Positions 19,877-30,985 of a stretch of DNA of 64,000 nucleotides are shown here, piece after piece. Under the pieces are notes generated by a model. It was not told where the DNA came from. It ran no database searches and saw only the letters and a program-made list of their open reading frames with translations. The stretch is from positions 9,983-73,982 of the forward strand of contig JAXHNE010000004.1 of assembly GCA_034520885.1 (NCBI GenBank), in the 5' to 3' direction. Position 1 is the first letter of the stretch. The number at the start of each line of letters is the position of its first letter. Made by a program: the position numbers and the translations under genes. The DNA comes from Candidatus Saccharimonadota bacterium (lineage in GTDB: Bacteria; Patescibacteriota; Saccharimonadia; Saccharimonadales; JAXHNE01).

Positions 19877-22474
19877 ATGGCTGAAGAAGATGTAAATAAT
19901 ACACCGGAACCAATCGTGCCCGAGCCGGAAGTAATGCCGCCACGTGACACTTCGCATTCGCGCGTGGTCGAAGATTTGTCCATCGAAAACGTCATGGAGG
20001 ACAACTACCTCCGCTATTCCATGAGCGTTATTGTGGAACGCGCTTTGCCGGACGTACGCGACGGTATGAAACCGGTGCATCGTCGTATTCTTTACACCAT
20101 GAACCGCGACGGTTTGCGCAGTACCGCCAAGTATCGTAAGAGTGCCAACGTGGTCGGTGCCGTCATGGGTGATTATCACCCGCACGGCGACGCCGCGATT
20201 TATGACTCCATGGTGCGCTTGGCCCAGCCGTGGGCTATGCGCTATATGCTGGTGAACGGGCAGGGGAACTTCGGATCCATGGACGGTGATCCACCGGCCG
20301 CTATGCGCTATACCGAAGCCAAGATGCAAAAGCTGGCCGATGAAGTCCTCACGGACATCGACAAGGAAACCGTCGATTACATGGATAACTATGATTCCCG
20401 GCTCAAAGAACCCAAAGTCCTCCCCGCGAAACTCCCTAACTTGTTGCTGAACGGACAGTTGGGTATTGCCGTGGGTATGGCGACTAACATCCCACCGCAC
20501 AATCTCGGGGAGCTAATGGATGCTACAATTCACCAGATTGATAATCCGGAAGCTCACGTTGATGATCTTTTGGAATACGTTAAAGGTCCGGACTTTCCGA
20601 CCGGCGGCGTGGTTTACGGCAAAGAATCGCTGCGTACGGCTTACGCGACCGGCCGTGGTGGTATCGTGGTGCGCGGTGTGGCCGAAGTCGTGGAAGGCGA
20701 AAAGAATAAACACCAAATTATTATTTCCGAAATTCCCTATGGCCTGAACAAGGCGAGCCTTCTAGAGAAGATTGCCGATCTGCACAAGGATAAAAAGGTC
20801 AGCGGGCTTGCCGACTTGCGTGATGAAAGCTCCCGCGGGAAAGTGCGTATCGTGGTGGATCTCAAAAAAGACGCCTACCCCAAAAAGCTACTCAACCAAC
20901 TGTTCAAGATGACGCCTTTGCAAACCTCCTTTAACTTCAACATGATGGCGTTGGTAGACGGTATTCAACCGCGTGTCATGGGCTTACAGGACATTATTCA
21001 AGAGCACATTAAGCACCGCCAAAAAGTGGTGCGCCGCCGCACGGAGTTCGAACTGCGCAAAGCCAAAGACCGCGCGCATGTCCTGGACGGCTTGAAGATC
21101 GCGCTGGATCATATCGACGAAGTTATCCAAACCATCCGCTCCAGCGAAACCACCGAAGAAGCCCAAGCTAACTTAATTAAAAAGTTCAAGCTCAGTGAAA
21201 TCCAAGCCAAGGCCATTTTGGCCATGCAGCTGCGCGCCCTGGCCGGTCTGGAACGCAAGAAAGTAGAAGACGAGCTGGCCGAGCTTAAAAAACTCATTTC
21301 CGAGCTGGAAAAGATCCTGGCCGATGAAGAAGAGATCCTCAAGATCATCAAAAACGAGTTCAAAGAACTCAAAGAACAATACGCTGACGAACGCCGCACC
21401 AAGATAATTTCGCACGAACTGGGCAAAATGAGCGACGAAGACCTGATTCCCGATGAAGACGTAGTCATTACGCTGACTCGCGGTGGCTACATCAAGCGCA
21501 ACAATGCCGATGAATACAAGCGCCAAGGTCGTGGCGGCAAGGGTAAGCGCGGCATCAGTACCAAGGAAGAAGACATCGTGGAACAGCTAATCTACGCCAG
21601 CACCCACGAATACCTCCTGTTCTTCACCAACAAGGGGCGCGTGTTCCGCATCAAGGCCTACGAAATTCCAAAATCCGGCCTAAACGCCAAGGGCATCGCC
21701 ATCGTGAACTTACTGCAAACCCAGCCGGAAGAAACCATCACCAGCTTTATTAAGCTGGAGGCCAAACCCAGCGACAACAAGGGGTATCTGTTCATGTGCA
21801 CCAAGCGGGGAACGGTAAAGAAAACGGCACTGGAACAATACCAAAATGTTCGCTCTACCGGTTTGATCGCTATTAATCTGGACGAAGGTGACGAACTGCG
21901 CTGGATTCGTGTAACAAGTGGTGATAACGAAGTGGTTATTTCCACCGCGCAAGGGCAGGCCATTCGCTTCCACGAGGAAGGCGTACGCGCTATGGGCCGT
22001 ACGGCTCGTGGTGTGCGCGGCATCCGTTTGCGAAAAGAGGATATCGTGATCGGAATGGACGTGGTGGAGGAAAACGCCAACATCTTTGTCATCAGCAGCA
22101 ACGGCTACGGCAAGCGCACCAAAGTGGCACAGTTTACCGCCCATGCCCGAGGTGGAGTGGGTATCCGATCCGCGATCGTGAATGATAAAACCGGTAAGCT
22201 CATCGGCGTAAAGTCGCTCAAGGGTGACAATAAAGAAGAAGTCATCATCATCTCCGAACACGGGCAAACGATTCGCTTGGGCTTACAAGACATCCCATCA
22301 CTGGGCCGCGCCACGCAGGGCGTACGCATTATGCGCCTGGCAGAAGATGACCACGTCGTATCACTGGCCTTAGTCGCCAAAGAGGAAGATGAAGAAGACG
22401 GAAAAGAAGCCGCCAAGCCGGCATCCGCTAAGAAAAAGCCGGAAACTAAACCCAAGAATTCAAAGAAGAAGTAA
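19877..22474 (+). CDS. gyrA: DNA gyrase subunit A
   Basis: [22 protein letters not shown] and the GyrA-box QGRGGKG. Confidence 0.98.
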   Translation: MAEEDVNNTPEPIVPEPEVMPPRDTSHSRVVEDLSIENVMEDNYLRYSMSVIVERALPDVRDGMKPVHRRILYTMNRDGLRSTAKYRKSANVVGAVMGDYHPHGDAAIYDSMVRLAQPWAMRYMLVNGQGNFGSMDGDPPAAMRYTEAKMQKLADEVLTDIDKETVDYMDNYDSRLKEPKVLPAKLPNLLLNGQLGIAVGMATNIPPHNLGELMDATIHQIDNPEAHVDDLLEYVKGPDFPTGGVVYGKESLRTAYATGRGGIVVRGVAEVVEGEKNKHQIIISEIPYGLNKASLLEKIADLHKDKKVSGLADLRDESSRGKVRIVVDLKKDAYPKKLLNQLFKMTPLQTSFNFNMMALVDGIQPRVMGLQDIIQEHIKHRQKVVRRRTEFELRKAKDRAHVLDGLKIALDHIDEVIQTIRSSETTEEAQANLIKKFKLSEIQAKAILAMQLRALAGLERKKVEDELAELKKLISELEKILADEEEILKIIKNEFKELKEQYADERRTKIISHELGKMSDEDLIPDEDVVITLTRGGYIKRNNADEYKRQGRGGKGKRGISTKEEDIVEQLIYASTHEYLLFFTNKGRVFRIKAYEIPKSGLNAKGIAIVNLLQTQPEETITSFIKLEAKPSDNKGYLFMCTKRGTVKKTALEQYQNVRSTGLIAINLDEGDELRWIRVTSGDNEVVISTAQGQAIRFHEEGVRAMGRTARGVRGIRLRKEDIVIGMDVVEENANIFVISSNGYGKRTKVAQFTAHARGGVGIRSAIVNDKTGKLIGVKSLKGDNKEEVIIISEHGQTIRLGLQDIPSLGRATQGVRIMRLAEDDHVVSLALVAKEEDEEDGKEAAKPASAKKKPETKPKNSKKK

Positions 22475-22513
22475 ATGTAGCAAAAAATGCTACATGGGTT
22501 GCCAAACAATTAG

Positions 22514-22542
22514 TTGACACACCTGTTTTATGTCTGTATATT
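22514..22542 (+). promoter_or_regulatory. 16S rRNA promoter
   Basis: TTGACA-17-TATATT, about 580 nt upstream of the 16S. Confidence 0.7.
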
Positions 22543-22644
22543 GGTACGAGTCTCTTGGTGGACTGGCTATGAGTCTGTCTTCAAAAATCTTGCGAGAATT
22601 TTTGACCACCCAAGAGAAGCCAACATGAACCTTCACACTTTAGA

Positions 22645-22728
22645 CTCAGACGCAATTTCTTTCGCGTAGCACAGCGAGGCGTACTTCCTGTACGGCGAGC
22701 GAGCAACACAGAAAAAATTGTGTATGAG
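22645..22728. repeat. palindromic REP/RPE-like element (CGTAC..GTACG apex)
   Basis: cagcgaggcgtacttcctgtacggcgagcgagcaacacag, similar to 37017-37056. Confidence 0.65.
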
Positions 22729-23202
22729 GCAAAGAGCAATCACGGGTTTCTGGCTATGCCAGAAAGCAGGAGATTGTGCTGTGAAGTTCAGGTTTGTTAA
22801 AAATTTATGTACGTGCCAATCACAACGCCAATACCACCCGTCAGAGCACTTCTGGTCTCGTAACAGGAGCTAAAGGATTTTCGTTTGGAGTTCTAATTCT
22901 TCAAGCCGCGATTCACTTACGGAATGTTTTAAATACTTAAAACAGTAACAGGTCTAACTTTGAGCGAAAGAATTGCCCCGTCATACGACAGGGCTTCAAA
23001 AATTCGCTTCGCTCATTTTGAAGCAAGTTCGAAGCTGATCCAACGAGAGGGCGATCCGTTCTCACCGAGCCCCGCCATACGACAAGGCCTCAAAAAAACG
23101 TTTCGCGGACTCATCATTTTTTGAAGAAGTTTGATCCCGGCTCAGGACTGAACGCTGTGCTGGACGTGCCTAAGACAGTGCGGAAGTCGTAGCGGCAGCG
23201 AG

Positions 23203-23312
23203 TTCCTCTCTGTGGTTCGGAACATAGTTAATAGTTAAGAAGTAATAGATAAGAAATTCAAAAATCTCACCTATTATCTATCATCTATATATTCCGAGCT
23301 AGAGAGAGGAAT
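23203..23312 (+). repeat. heptamer-repeat hairpin insertion in 16S V1
   Basis: Stem ttcctctct..ggttcggaa / ttccgagct..agagaggaa enclosing AGTTAAT-type and ATCTATC-type repeat arms. Confidence 0.8.
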
Positions 23313-23402
23313 GTCGGCGAGCGGCGGACGGCTGAGTAACACGTAGGAACGTACCCCAAACTGAGGGATAAGCACCAGAAATGGTGTCTAATACCACATG
23401 TG

Positions 23403-23528
23403 GTGCGTCTCGCATAGGCGAGACAATAGTTAATAGGAAAGTAGTTAATAGGTAAGAATTCAACCGAATATCATCTATCATCTATCAACTATCAATCTGA
23501 TTGGCGCTTCGCTCGCGCGAGGCGCATC
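23403..23528 (+). repeat. heptamer-repeat hairpin insertion in 16S V2
   Basis: Stem ggtgcgtctcgc / gcgaggcgcatc enclosing similar AGTTAAT and CTATCAT arms. Confidence 0.8.
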
Positions 23529-23638
23529 AAAGCTTCGGCGGTTTGGGAACGGCCTGCGCAATGCATCAAAGCTTGTCGGCGAGGTAACGGCTTACCAAGG
23601 CGACGATCATTAGCTGGTCTGAGAGGATGATCAGCCAG

Positions 23639-23682
<44 letters not shown>

Positions 23683-24077
23683 AGGGAATTTTCCACAATG
23701 GACGAAAGTCTGATGGAGCAACGCCGCGTGCAGGATGAAGGCTTTCGGGTCGTAAACTGCTTTTAATAGTGAAGATTTTTGACGGTAGCTATTGAATAAG
23801 GATCGGCTAACTCCGTGCCAGCAGCCGCGGTCATACGGAGGATCCAAGCGTTATCCGGAATTACTGGGCGTAAAGAGTTGCGTAGGTGGCATCGTAAGTT
23901 GGTAGTGAAAGCGTGAGGCTCAACCTCATACCCATTATCAAAACTGCGACGCTAGAGGACGAGAGAGGTCGCTGGAATTGCTAGTGTAGGAGTGAAATCC
24001 GTAGATATTAGCAGGAACACCGATGGCGTAGGCAGGCGACTGGCTCGCTCCTGACACTAAGGCACGAAAGCGTGGGT

Positions 24078-24111
<34 letters not shown>

Positions 24112-24214
24112 CGTAAACGATGGATGCTGGCTGTAAGAAGTATCGACCCTTCTTGTAGCGAAGCTAACGCGTTAAGCATCCCGCCTGTGGAGTACGGCCG
24201 CAAGGCTAAAACAT

Positions 24215-24250
<36 letters not shown>

Positions 24251-24354
24251 GTGTTGTTTAATTCGATGGTAAGCGAAGAACCTTACCCAGGTTTGACATT
24301 CCGATTGAAGGACTCCGAAACGGACTGGTCTTCTTGAGCCGTGGTGACAGGTGT

Positions 24355-24401
<47 letters not shown>

Positions 24402-24687
24402 TCAACGAGCGCAACCCTTATAGTTAGTTGGATTTTTCTAGCTAGACTGCCCTGGTAACAGGGAGGAAGGAGGGGATGATGTCAGGTCAGTATTACCCTT
24501 ATGCCTGGGGCTAGAAACACGCTACAATGGCCGGTACAAAGGGCTGCCAAGTCGCGAGACGGAGCAAATCCCATCAAAGCCGGTCCCAGTTCGGATAGCA
24601 GGCTGAAATTCGCCTGCTTGAAGCCGGAATCGCTAGTAACGGTGAGTCAGAACATGAACCGCGGAACAGGTTCCCGGGTCTTGTACA

Positions 24688-25511
24688 AAATAAATGCGCC
24701 TGGCAGCGCATTGGACTAGGTGGTGAAAATCCACTTCCGCTATCCAGCGGATAGCTGAGAGCAGGGCATCTCTGGTAACAGAATGCCCGAAGGGCTCAAT
24801 ACGCAAAAGATAGTCTTAAATATCCGTTTGACAACGGAAGCTCGTAGCGATCTATGATATGTGTACCATAGGGAAGCTACCAAGAAAGAGTGTTTAGGAA
24901 TGTCCGAAACAGCCCAATGTGTGACCCAGGGAGATCCTATAGCCGAAGTAATCGCGCCTTTTAAGTAAGGCTAGGCAATAGGAAGTCAGCTGAGTTCGTA
25001 GTAGTACATGTAGTAAAATACATATATAAAGGAACGAACTTCGTGCTGAATCCGCATTACATTGTTGGTTTTGTTGATGGAGAGGGATGTTTTAGCATCA
25101 CTATCAATAAAAACGGCAACGGGTTACCGGAAGTTCGACTCATTTTCGAGATTGAACTTCGGGAAGATGATGAACCAATCTTGCATGAAATTAGTAAAGT
25201 TCTAGATTGCGGCAGTATTTACCGCTTAGAATACGAAAGGTATGCCAAATGGCGACCCCACGTAAAGCTAAAAATCAGTAACTTTAAGGGCATTTCAACC
25301 AAGATAATTCCATTTTTCCAACGGTATCCGCTTCAGGCTAAGAAGCGTTTGCAGTTTGAAAAGTTTTGCCAAGTAGCAGAGCTTATTAAAGCCAAACGGC
25401 ATCTTACACCTGAAGGAGTAGAGCAGATTCAAGCCTTAAGGCACGAAGACTCGCGTAGTGCGTTAGACGCGCACGCTACGTGGGGAGCAACAGAGATTAA
25501 CTGATTGCAAT
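24688..25511 (+). mobile_element. group II-type intron in 16S (~position 1396)
   Basis: Splits GTCTTGTACA|CACCGCCCGTCA. Begins aaataaaTGCGCC, has a domain V hairpin at 25450-25484 (CGC triad, 2-nt bulge), domain VI gcaa-cag/ctg-A-ttgc with a bulged A, and ends in AT. Confidence 0.85.
25043..25504 (+). CDS. single-motif LAGLIDADG homing endonuclease (intron-encoded)
   Basis: YIVGFVDGEGCFSI and IIPFFQRYPL..KK motifs. AAGGA lies upstream of the GTG. Confidence 0.92.
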   Translation: MLNPHYIVGFVDGEGCFSITINKNGNGLPEVRLIFEIELREDDEPILHEISKVLDCGSIYRLEYERYAKWRPHVKLKISNFKGISTKIIPFFQRYPLQAKKRLQFEKFCQVAELIKAKRHLTPEGVEQIQALRHEDSRSALDAHATWGATEIN

Positions 25512-25902
25512 CACCGCCCGTCAAACCATGGAAGTCGCCAATACCTGACGTCTGGCCCAGAGCCGGCCTAAGGTAGGGGAGATGACTGGGGTTAAGTCGT
25601 AACAAGGTATCCGTAGCGGAAGCTGCGGATGGATTACCTCCTTTCTAGGGAGATAAACTAAGCGGAGCTTAGCTAGTTGTTAGTAATCAGTCTACGGTTG
25701 TCAGTTCAGGAGTTCCTGCTGATAACTAAGCACAGAAAACAGATAACTAGCCGCAGGCTCCAGCTAGGCGATCCAAGGTCTGTTGTCCATAGTAAGCAAC
25801 AGATACCGTTGATAATTTATTATCTGAATGGAAATTACTAGAACCACGAATCTGAGTTGGTTTGCGCTACATAAAGTTTTAACCCAAAAACTTTGACCAA
25901 AC

Positions 25903-25934
25903 TAAAAGGCAGCCGAGCAAGTAGGCTGCTTTTT
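25903..25934 (+). terminator. terminator after 16S
   Basis: aaaaggcagcc..ggctgcttttt. Confidence 0.6.
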
Positions 25935-26126
25935 AGTTTTCTTTGGCTATTTTGAGCTTTTTGCCTCCGGTACTCAGGGCACCGTACCGGCATGTACGGC
26001 TTCTTCCGTTTCCTCACCAAGAAAGCCCAAACTAGCTCAAAGTCAAAGCTTTTGGCGAGTCGGCGACTAATCCTTTGCTGTTCTCGCGAAGAAAATCCAA
26101 AACTAGCCCAAAGCTAAAGTTTTTGA

Positions 26127-26732
26127 CTAAACCTTTTCTGGCAATTCTTCACTATCAGCGGTGACACTTTCTGGAAATTCGTACTTAAACTTCAGTATCA
26201 TTTCAGTGAATTTCATAATGTCTTTTGCTTCGGTTTGGCCCATGATAATAATCTCATGGTTTGCATCATTGCCAAGCTCCCGTATTTTGTCGACCCACAC
26301 CTTACTATTCGGTGGTGTATAGTGGTTGTCAACCAAATAGTCCACATAGGCCACAAACTTCTTACCTTCGTTCGCGCCAGCTTCCACAGCTATGTGCATT
26401 AGTAGCTTTCTGCCTGCAAGCACCACTGACGTATATGCGTTGGCTGCTGTTGAGCGCCTCATTTCAGCATACAAGTCTTCGATGTCCTTCGGTAAGTGGT
26501 CTATCGTCTCGCCAAGCATTGGTGCAGGAACTTGCTCGTCGTTGGATATTTTTGATATCAAAGTTGGCCTGTTGCATGAATGGCATATGTATAAAAATGC
26601 AGTTGGTGCTCCTGATGGTTTTAGACATGAGTAGCCTACGTTAGATGTTATATCTGCACTGCAGTTACCGCACGTATAACGTCTACTTTCTATAGTATTG
26701 ATTTGTCTCCAAGTACCAGTATGTGCTTGCAT
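26127..26732 (-). CDS. DUF4145-like (HEPN-like) protein with N-terminal Zn ribbon
   Basis: Two CxxC pairs and IRELGNDANH. Confidence 0.8.
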   Translation of the reverse strand: MQAHTGTWRQINTIESRRYTCGNCSADITSNVGYSCLKPSGAPTAFLYICHSCNRPTLISKISNDEQVPAPMLGETIDHLPKDIEDLYAEMRRSTAANAYTSVVLAGRKLLMHIAVEAGANEGKKFVAYVDYLVDNHYTPPNSKVWVDKIRELGNDANHEIIIMGQTEAKDIMKFTEMILKFKYEFPESVTADSEELPEKV

Positions 26733-26868
26733 AGTTTTTCCTTTGTATTAATTAAATTGCGATTTTAGTGTTTTTGCCCTCTCGAGTAATCCCACATTAC
26801 GCTGGCTACACCATACACCTTAGGTTTGCAAAAAGCAAGAAACATTGTATAGCCATAAGCAGTATAAA

Positions 26869-27157
26869 CTAGTATTCTAAGGGGTAGCGTGTTACGCAAT
26901 CTAGTTGTGCTGCGTGTTTTGCCAGGAAAACTTCTTCAGGAGTTCGATACGAGTAGATATCCTTGATGTTTGCATCACCCGACGTGGAAAATCGTTCATT
27001 AACTTGTTCGCTACACGCTTTGCTGAGCAAACGAATATGGTTGTCGCGGTCAGCTTTAGATTGTTCAGCCCTACTGTCATAAACACCAACACTAACAACA
27101 AATAGACTTATCGTTAAAATGGTTACCCAAGACATCACCAAGATTGTATTCTTCATG
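26869..27157 (-). CDS. hypothetical exported or membrane protein
   Basis: N-terminal hydrophobic segment and two Cys. ATG at 27157 follows TATGAT. Confidence 0.55.
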
Positions 27158-27336
27158 ACCCAATCATAGCACAAGAGGACTATCAGAATTTTCATTGGAG
27201 GGGTGGTTTGTTTCGCTGTACAGCGAATTTCTTATGCTCAGAGACTTTTAAGTCACTAGTTAGTTGCGGTATTTACTACAACAACAGAACACGTAAATAA
27301 TTTACAAAATTGTAAAAAAATTGTATCATATGACTT

Positions 27337-27753
27337 ATGCGAAATTTTGAAGCTTTGTTAGGGCAAACAAAAGAGGAGATTGATTCCTTTATGATAGAGA
27401 ACGATGCAGATGGGTGTGTAGGATGCCCTATGGCTCGTTTAGCTGCGGCTGATGTACTTTGGAGGCGAAAGAATTGGAATAGTATGGAAAGTAGGCCAAG
27501 CATCTACAATGATTTGCTTGAAAAAAATGGCGCAGAACTCATAGAGAAAGAGCTAAAATTTAGTGGCTTGAGCGGTGCATGCGATGGTTACTCTGAAAGG
27601 TGGTCACCAGATACTCCGCGACCAGCAGGAATGTGCAATAGCAAAGACATGGAGTATTCAAGAATTGAGATTACAGCAGGCCGGATATTAGAGACCTTCG
27701 ACTGGGTCCTGCCACCTGCAGTAAAAACGCTCATTGGTATTCGCCAAAAGTAG
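27337..27753 (+). CDS. hypothetical protein
   Basis: 138-aa ORF with a CxxC motif. Confidence 0.55.
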   Translation: MRNFEALLGQTKEEIDSFMIENDADGCVGCPMARLAAADVLWRRKNWNSMESRPSIYNDLLEKNGAELIEKELKFSGLSGACDGYSERWSPDTPRPAGMCNSKDMEYSRIEITAGRILETFDWVLPPAVKTLIGIRQK

Positions 27754-27792
27754 CTTTTTATGAGTTCGAGTGATACGTGGTTTGTAAATTTC

Positions 27793-28221
27793 TTATTCTA
27801 CTTTTTGGTAGAGTTGGTGGTCTTCAAGGCGAACTTTACCTTTTTGCCAGTCGTTTAGGGCCAAATCAAGGATGAGTGATATACCCCAATCTTTACCTTC
27901 TGGTGTGAATCTGTAAATCTCTGACGGGTGTAAGCCGGTGGCATCTTGCCATATTTTAGTTGGGTGTTCACCAATTTCTATGAGGGGTTCGTAACTAGTA
28001 TTATCTATGGACGAAGGTACATAAAGACCCCTCATTCTTTGCAATACTCGTCTTACACCAGAGGTGACGGAAGGAATATGGGGCTCAATTTCTGGAGCGG
28101 TGAGCGCAGGTTCAAGCTCAACTGTCTTAGCTGAAGCGACAGTTGTCAGTATGAATACTCTTCCCAGCCTGAGGTTTGCAGGCGCAAATTCAAAGCTGGC
28201 TTGTTCTGAACCACTAGTCAT
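27793..28221 (-). CDS. hypothetical protein
   Basis: 142-aa ORF, no recognised motif. Confidence 0.5.
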   Translation of the reverse strand: MTSGSEQASFEFAPANLRLGRVFILTTVASAKTVELEPALTAPEIEPHIPSVTSGVRRVLQRMRGLYVPSSIDNTSYEPLIEIGEHPTKIWQDATGLHPSEIYRFTPEGKDWGISLILDLALNDWQKGKVRLEDHQLYQKVE

Positions 28222-28309
28222 TAGATGATTTTTTACTTTCTATTAAACTTAAGCAACCATGAGCGGCATGCCTTTCTATGGTTGATCGTGGTAAAATTTT
28301 TACAGATAA

Positions 28310-28546
28310 AAGAGGAAATACAAACATGGCACGACTACCGGTACCAGGAGGGGATGTCGGAAACTGGGGTGAGATTCTCAACAGTTATCTCAAAGTCTCG
28401 CATGACTCCGGTGGAGCCATTAAATCCGGTAGCGTTACCAACGGAATGTTGGCGGGTAGTATTGCGCAAAACAAAATCACCAACTTAACCAGTGACCTAG
28501 CGGACAAGTACGTTTTGCCAGGGGGTGGCGTACCAGAAGCCGATCT
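28310..28546 (+). repeat. 237-bp direct repeat, copy 1 (RBS plus first ~74 codons)
   Basis: Identical by eye to 30749-30985. Confidence 0.9.
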
Positions 28547-29474
28547 GAGTTCCGCTGTGCAAACGAAGCTTAATGCTTCGACGGCCTGGGGCGGTATTAC
28601 CGGTACGCTTAGTGACCAAACTGATTTACAAACCGCATTGGACGCAAAATTTAACACGAGTAGCATTATTGATGATGACACATTTGCTACTGCGACCGCG
28701 AGCAATGTTGCCAGCGCCGAATCAACTAAAACCTATATAGATACGGAGGTAGCTGCAGTACAAAGCGATGTAGACGACTTGGAGGCCGCCCAAACGGAAA
28801 TCAATGCTTTGCCAGCTGGTACGACCCCTGATGGTACGGAAGAGTTTCCAGCAGATCAATCAGGAACAACGGTTAAATTTACTTTGGACGAAGTGGGGGA
28901 TTTACTATTCGGACGCGATATTACGATGACTCCCGGGGTAGATGGTCATATAAGTGTTGTTGACTCGTCGGGCGTACCCGAACTGGCTTTGCGGCAAAAC
29001 ACCGCTGACAGCAATGACGGTATTGTGCTTAGTTTCGCTTTCGGTCAACCGGCGATTAGTCTGGGTGCCGGTTCAGCGGCAGTCGATGTACTGCTGGTAA
29101 GGACGGATGCTGGAAAGCTGCGTATGTCGGCAAGCGGCGGTGCGGTTCCCGCTCTAGAGGCGCCGGTCACTAATCCTATCGTTTCCACAACGGTTGATCG
29201 TACGTTTGTGGGAGGTGATGTGGGTAAAATAGTAGAAGTAACACACGGTTCCACCGTGCGAACCCAAACTGTTCCACCCAACTCATCAGTAGCGTACCCA
29301 GTAGGCAGTAATCTATATGTGCGCAAAACAGGAACGGCTAACGTCGCTATTGCTGCGGGTTCCGGCGTGACTATTCGTGACCCGAACGCGCTGGGACTTA
29401 CCATCTCAACACAATATGAAACAAGACGTCTGATGAAGCGGGCCACAGACGAATGGGTAATGACTCGATTATGA
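28326..29474 (+). CDS. MARLP-head protein A1, phage tail-fibre-like
   Basis: Conserved head, WGGITGTLSDQTDLQTAL segment and C-terminal TVPPNSSVAYPVGS..GSGVTI. These resemble tail-fibre modules. Confidence 0.75.
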   Translation: MARLPVPGGDVGNWGEILNSYLKVSHDSGGAIKSGSVTNGMLAGSIAQNKITNLTSDLADKYVLPGGGVPEADLSSAVQTKLNASTAWGGITGTLSDQTDLQTALDAKFNTSSIIDDDTFATATASNVASAESTKTYIDTEVAAVQSDVDDLEAAQTEINALPAGTTPDGTEEFPADQSGTTVKFTLDEVGDLLFGRDITMTPGVDGHISVVDSSGVPELALRQNTADSNDGIVLSFAFGQPAISLGAGSAAVDVLLVRTDAGKLRMSASGGAVPALEAPVTNPIVSTTVDRTFVGGDVGKIVEVTHGSTVRTQTVPPNSSVAYPVGSNLYVRKTGTANVAIAAGSGVTIRDPNALGLTISTQYETRRLMKRATDEWVMTRL

Positions 29475-30289
29475 CGTTATTCACAAATACCGGTGCCAAA
29501 ATCGTCTCAAACACAGGAGGTCCGCTCAGGAACCGCAATACCGCATTTGTTGATGCGTTTTCTCGCGCCGATAGTGCGTCATTGGGGAACGGCTGGATTG
29601 ATGGTCATGATTGGGACAACACCGCTTATGAACCACTGGGAATTTACAACAAAGCCGCAGTGGTATCAGATCCAACTGCTCGTGTCGGTGCAGATTATGC
29701 CGAAGACCAATTCGAAGCACACCCGCCATTAGACGGCAAGCAACATCAAGGTATTGGTTGTGCCTGGAGAGATATGGGCACCGAATCGGTGTATTTGGAA
29801 GTTGAGTGGAGTGGTCTTATGAGTATTAACGAAGGTCACCATGTGGAAGGCGCCCCCATAGTGCATGTTGTTCCGGGATCGCCCGAACATGGGCTTGGTA
29901 TTTGGCCTTCTGCTTTAAATGATTCGACGCCGTTATTCTTTATTGCGGGAATTGGCAACCCGCCCGAAGATTTCGGAAATTATATTTATGCCGTCGCGGG
30001 GTACTCACATACGGATGGTATGCCACGCAAGTTGGGGATTCAAACGAACGGGACGACCGCAACGTTTTGGCTTGATGGCCCTCCGGGGGTCGGGACACAA
30101 ATAAGTCTTAGTGGTTTTGGTGGCAGCCCCGCTTATGGTTTAAATCCTTTTCCAGTTCCGGCGAACCTGCAAAACTCGACTCTACACGGTTTTGAGCTAG
30201 ATACGCACTATGTATCTCCCCCTTATGCGCAATGGACGGATATTCCTGCCACTCCTGTCGTAAATAGCATTGTAATTAAGCCAAATTGA
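29471..30289 (+). CDS. partner protein B1, beta-rich lectin-like hypothetical
   Basis: ATGA overlap with A1. DAFSRADSASLGNGW motif. Confidence 0.7.
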   Translation: MTLFTNTGAKIVSNTGGPLRNRNTAFVDAFSRADSASLGNGWIDGHDWDNTAYEPLGIYNKAAVVSDPTARVGADYAEDQFEAHPPLDGKQHQGIGCAWRDMGTESVYLEVEWSGLMSINEGHHVEGAPIVHVVPGSPEHGLGIWPSALNDSTPLFFIAGIGNPPEDFGNYIYAVAGYSHTDGMPRKLGIQTNGTTATFWLDGPPGVGTQISLSGFGGSPAYGLNPFPVPANLQNSTLHGFELDTHYVSPPYAQWTDIPATPVVNSIVIKPN

Positions 30290-30490
30290 TATTTTTGGCT
30301 TAGGGTAGTCACGCACACGTTAATCTTAAGCTACATTTTAATGAGAGGCTATTATTTTTTCACGCCGGAGTTATTTGAATCACCGAAGTTATATTGCGAA
30401 AAAGGGTTTATAGAAAAAATCTAGGGCACTAATCGTGTCCATTATGCCATGATACGGTCATGAAAAAAGATGTCCCAGATGTCCGGTTCA

Positions 30491-30660
30491 GTCAACTAAT
30501 CCGGAACAAACAAGCGTCCAAGTAGTTTTCGGGTGTCGTGAACAGGTTCGGCCTGTTCTGTCTTGCGGCCCATTCGTCCAGGATGGAACGCAAGTGCTTG
30601 GTGGGGATACAACCGTAGAGTTTTCTCATGTAGCGCTTCATGACTCCCGTACATATAAAC
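30491..30660 (-). pseudogene. IS1595-family transposase C-terminal remnant
   Basis: MKRYMRKLYGCIPTKHLRSILDEWAARQNR resembles the ISXO2-like tail (KR..K.YH..S.KHL..YL.EF..R.NR). No N-terminal part is present. Confidence 0.6.
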
Positions 30661-30748
30661 CCAATATAGCGCATGACAGCTGAAGCAACCACGAAAAACG
30701 GTGCTTTTTTATACGTTAGCGTGTTAAAATTTAAGCGAACTATTAAAG

Positions 30749-30985
30749 AAGAGGAAATACAAACATGGCACGACTACCGGTACCAGGAGGGGATGTCGGA
30801 AACTGGGGTGAGATTCTCAACAGTTATCTCAAAGTCTCGCATGACTCCGGTGGAGCCATTAAATCCGGTAGCGTTACCAACGGAATGTTGGCGGGTAGTA
30901 TTGCGCAAAACAAAATCACCAACTTAACCAGTGACCTAGCGGACAAGTACGTTTTGCCAGGGGGTGGCGTACCAGAAGCCGATCT
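30749..30985 (+). repeat. 237-bp direct repeat, copy 2
   Basis: Identical by eye to 28310-28546 (offset 2439). Confidence 0.9.

Noticed and set aside
24688-25511. Group I assignment for the 16S intron because of the LAGLIDADG ORF
   Set aside because: The 5' exon does not end in U and the intron does not end in G. Domain V and VI hallmarks are present instead.
26020-26125. Short repeats (ccaaa(a)ctagc..aaag) resembling the 23S IVS inverted repeat
   Set aside because: The match is about 11 nt and low-complexity, so it cannot be distinguished from chance.
28310-30985. Diversity-generating retroelement TR/VR pair
   Set aside because: The repeats are identical with no adenine-specific mismatches, they are N-terminal, and there is no reverse transcriptase.
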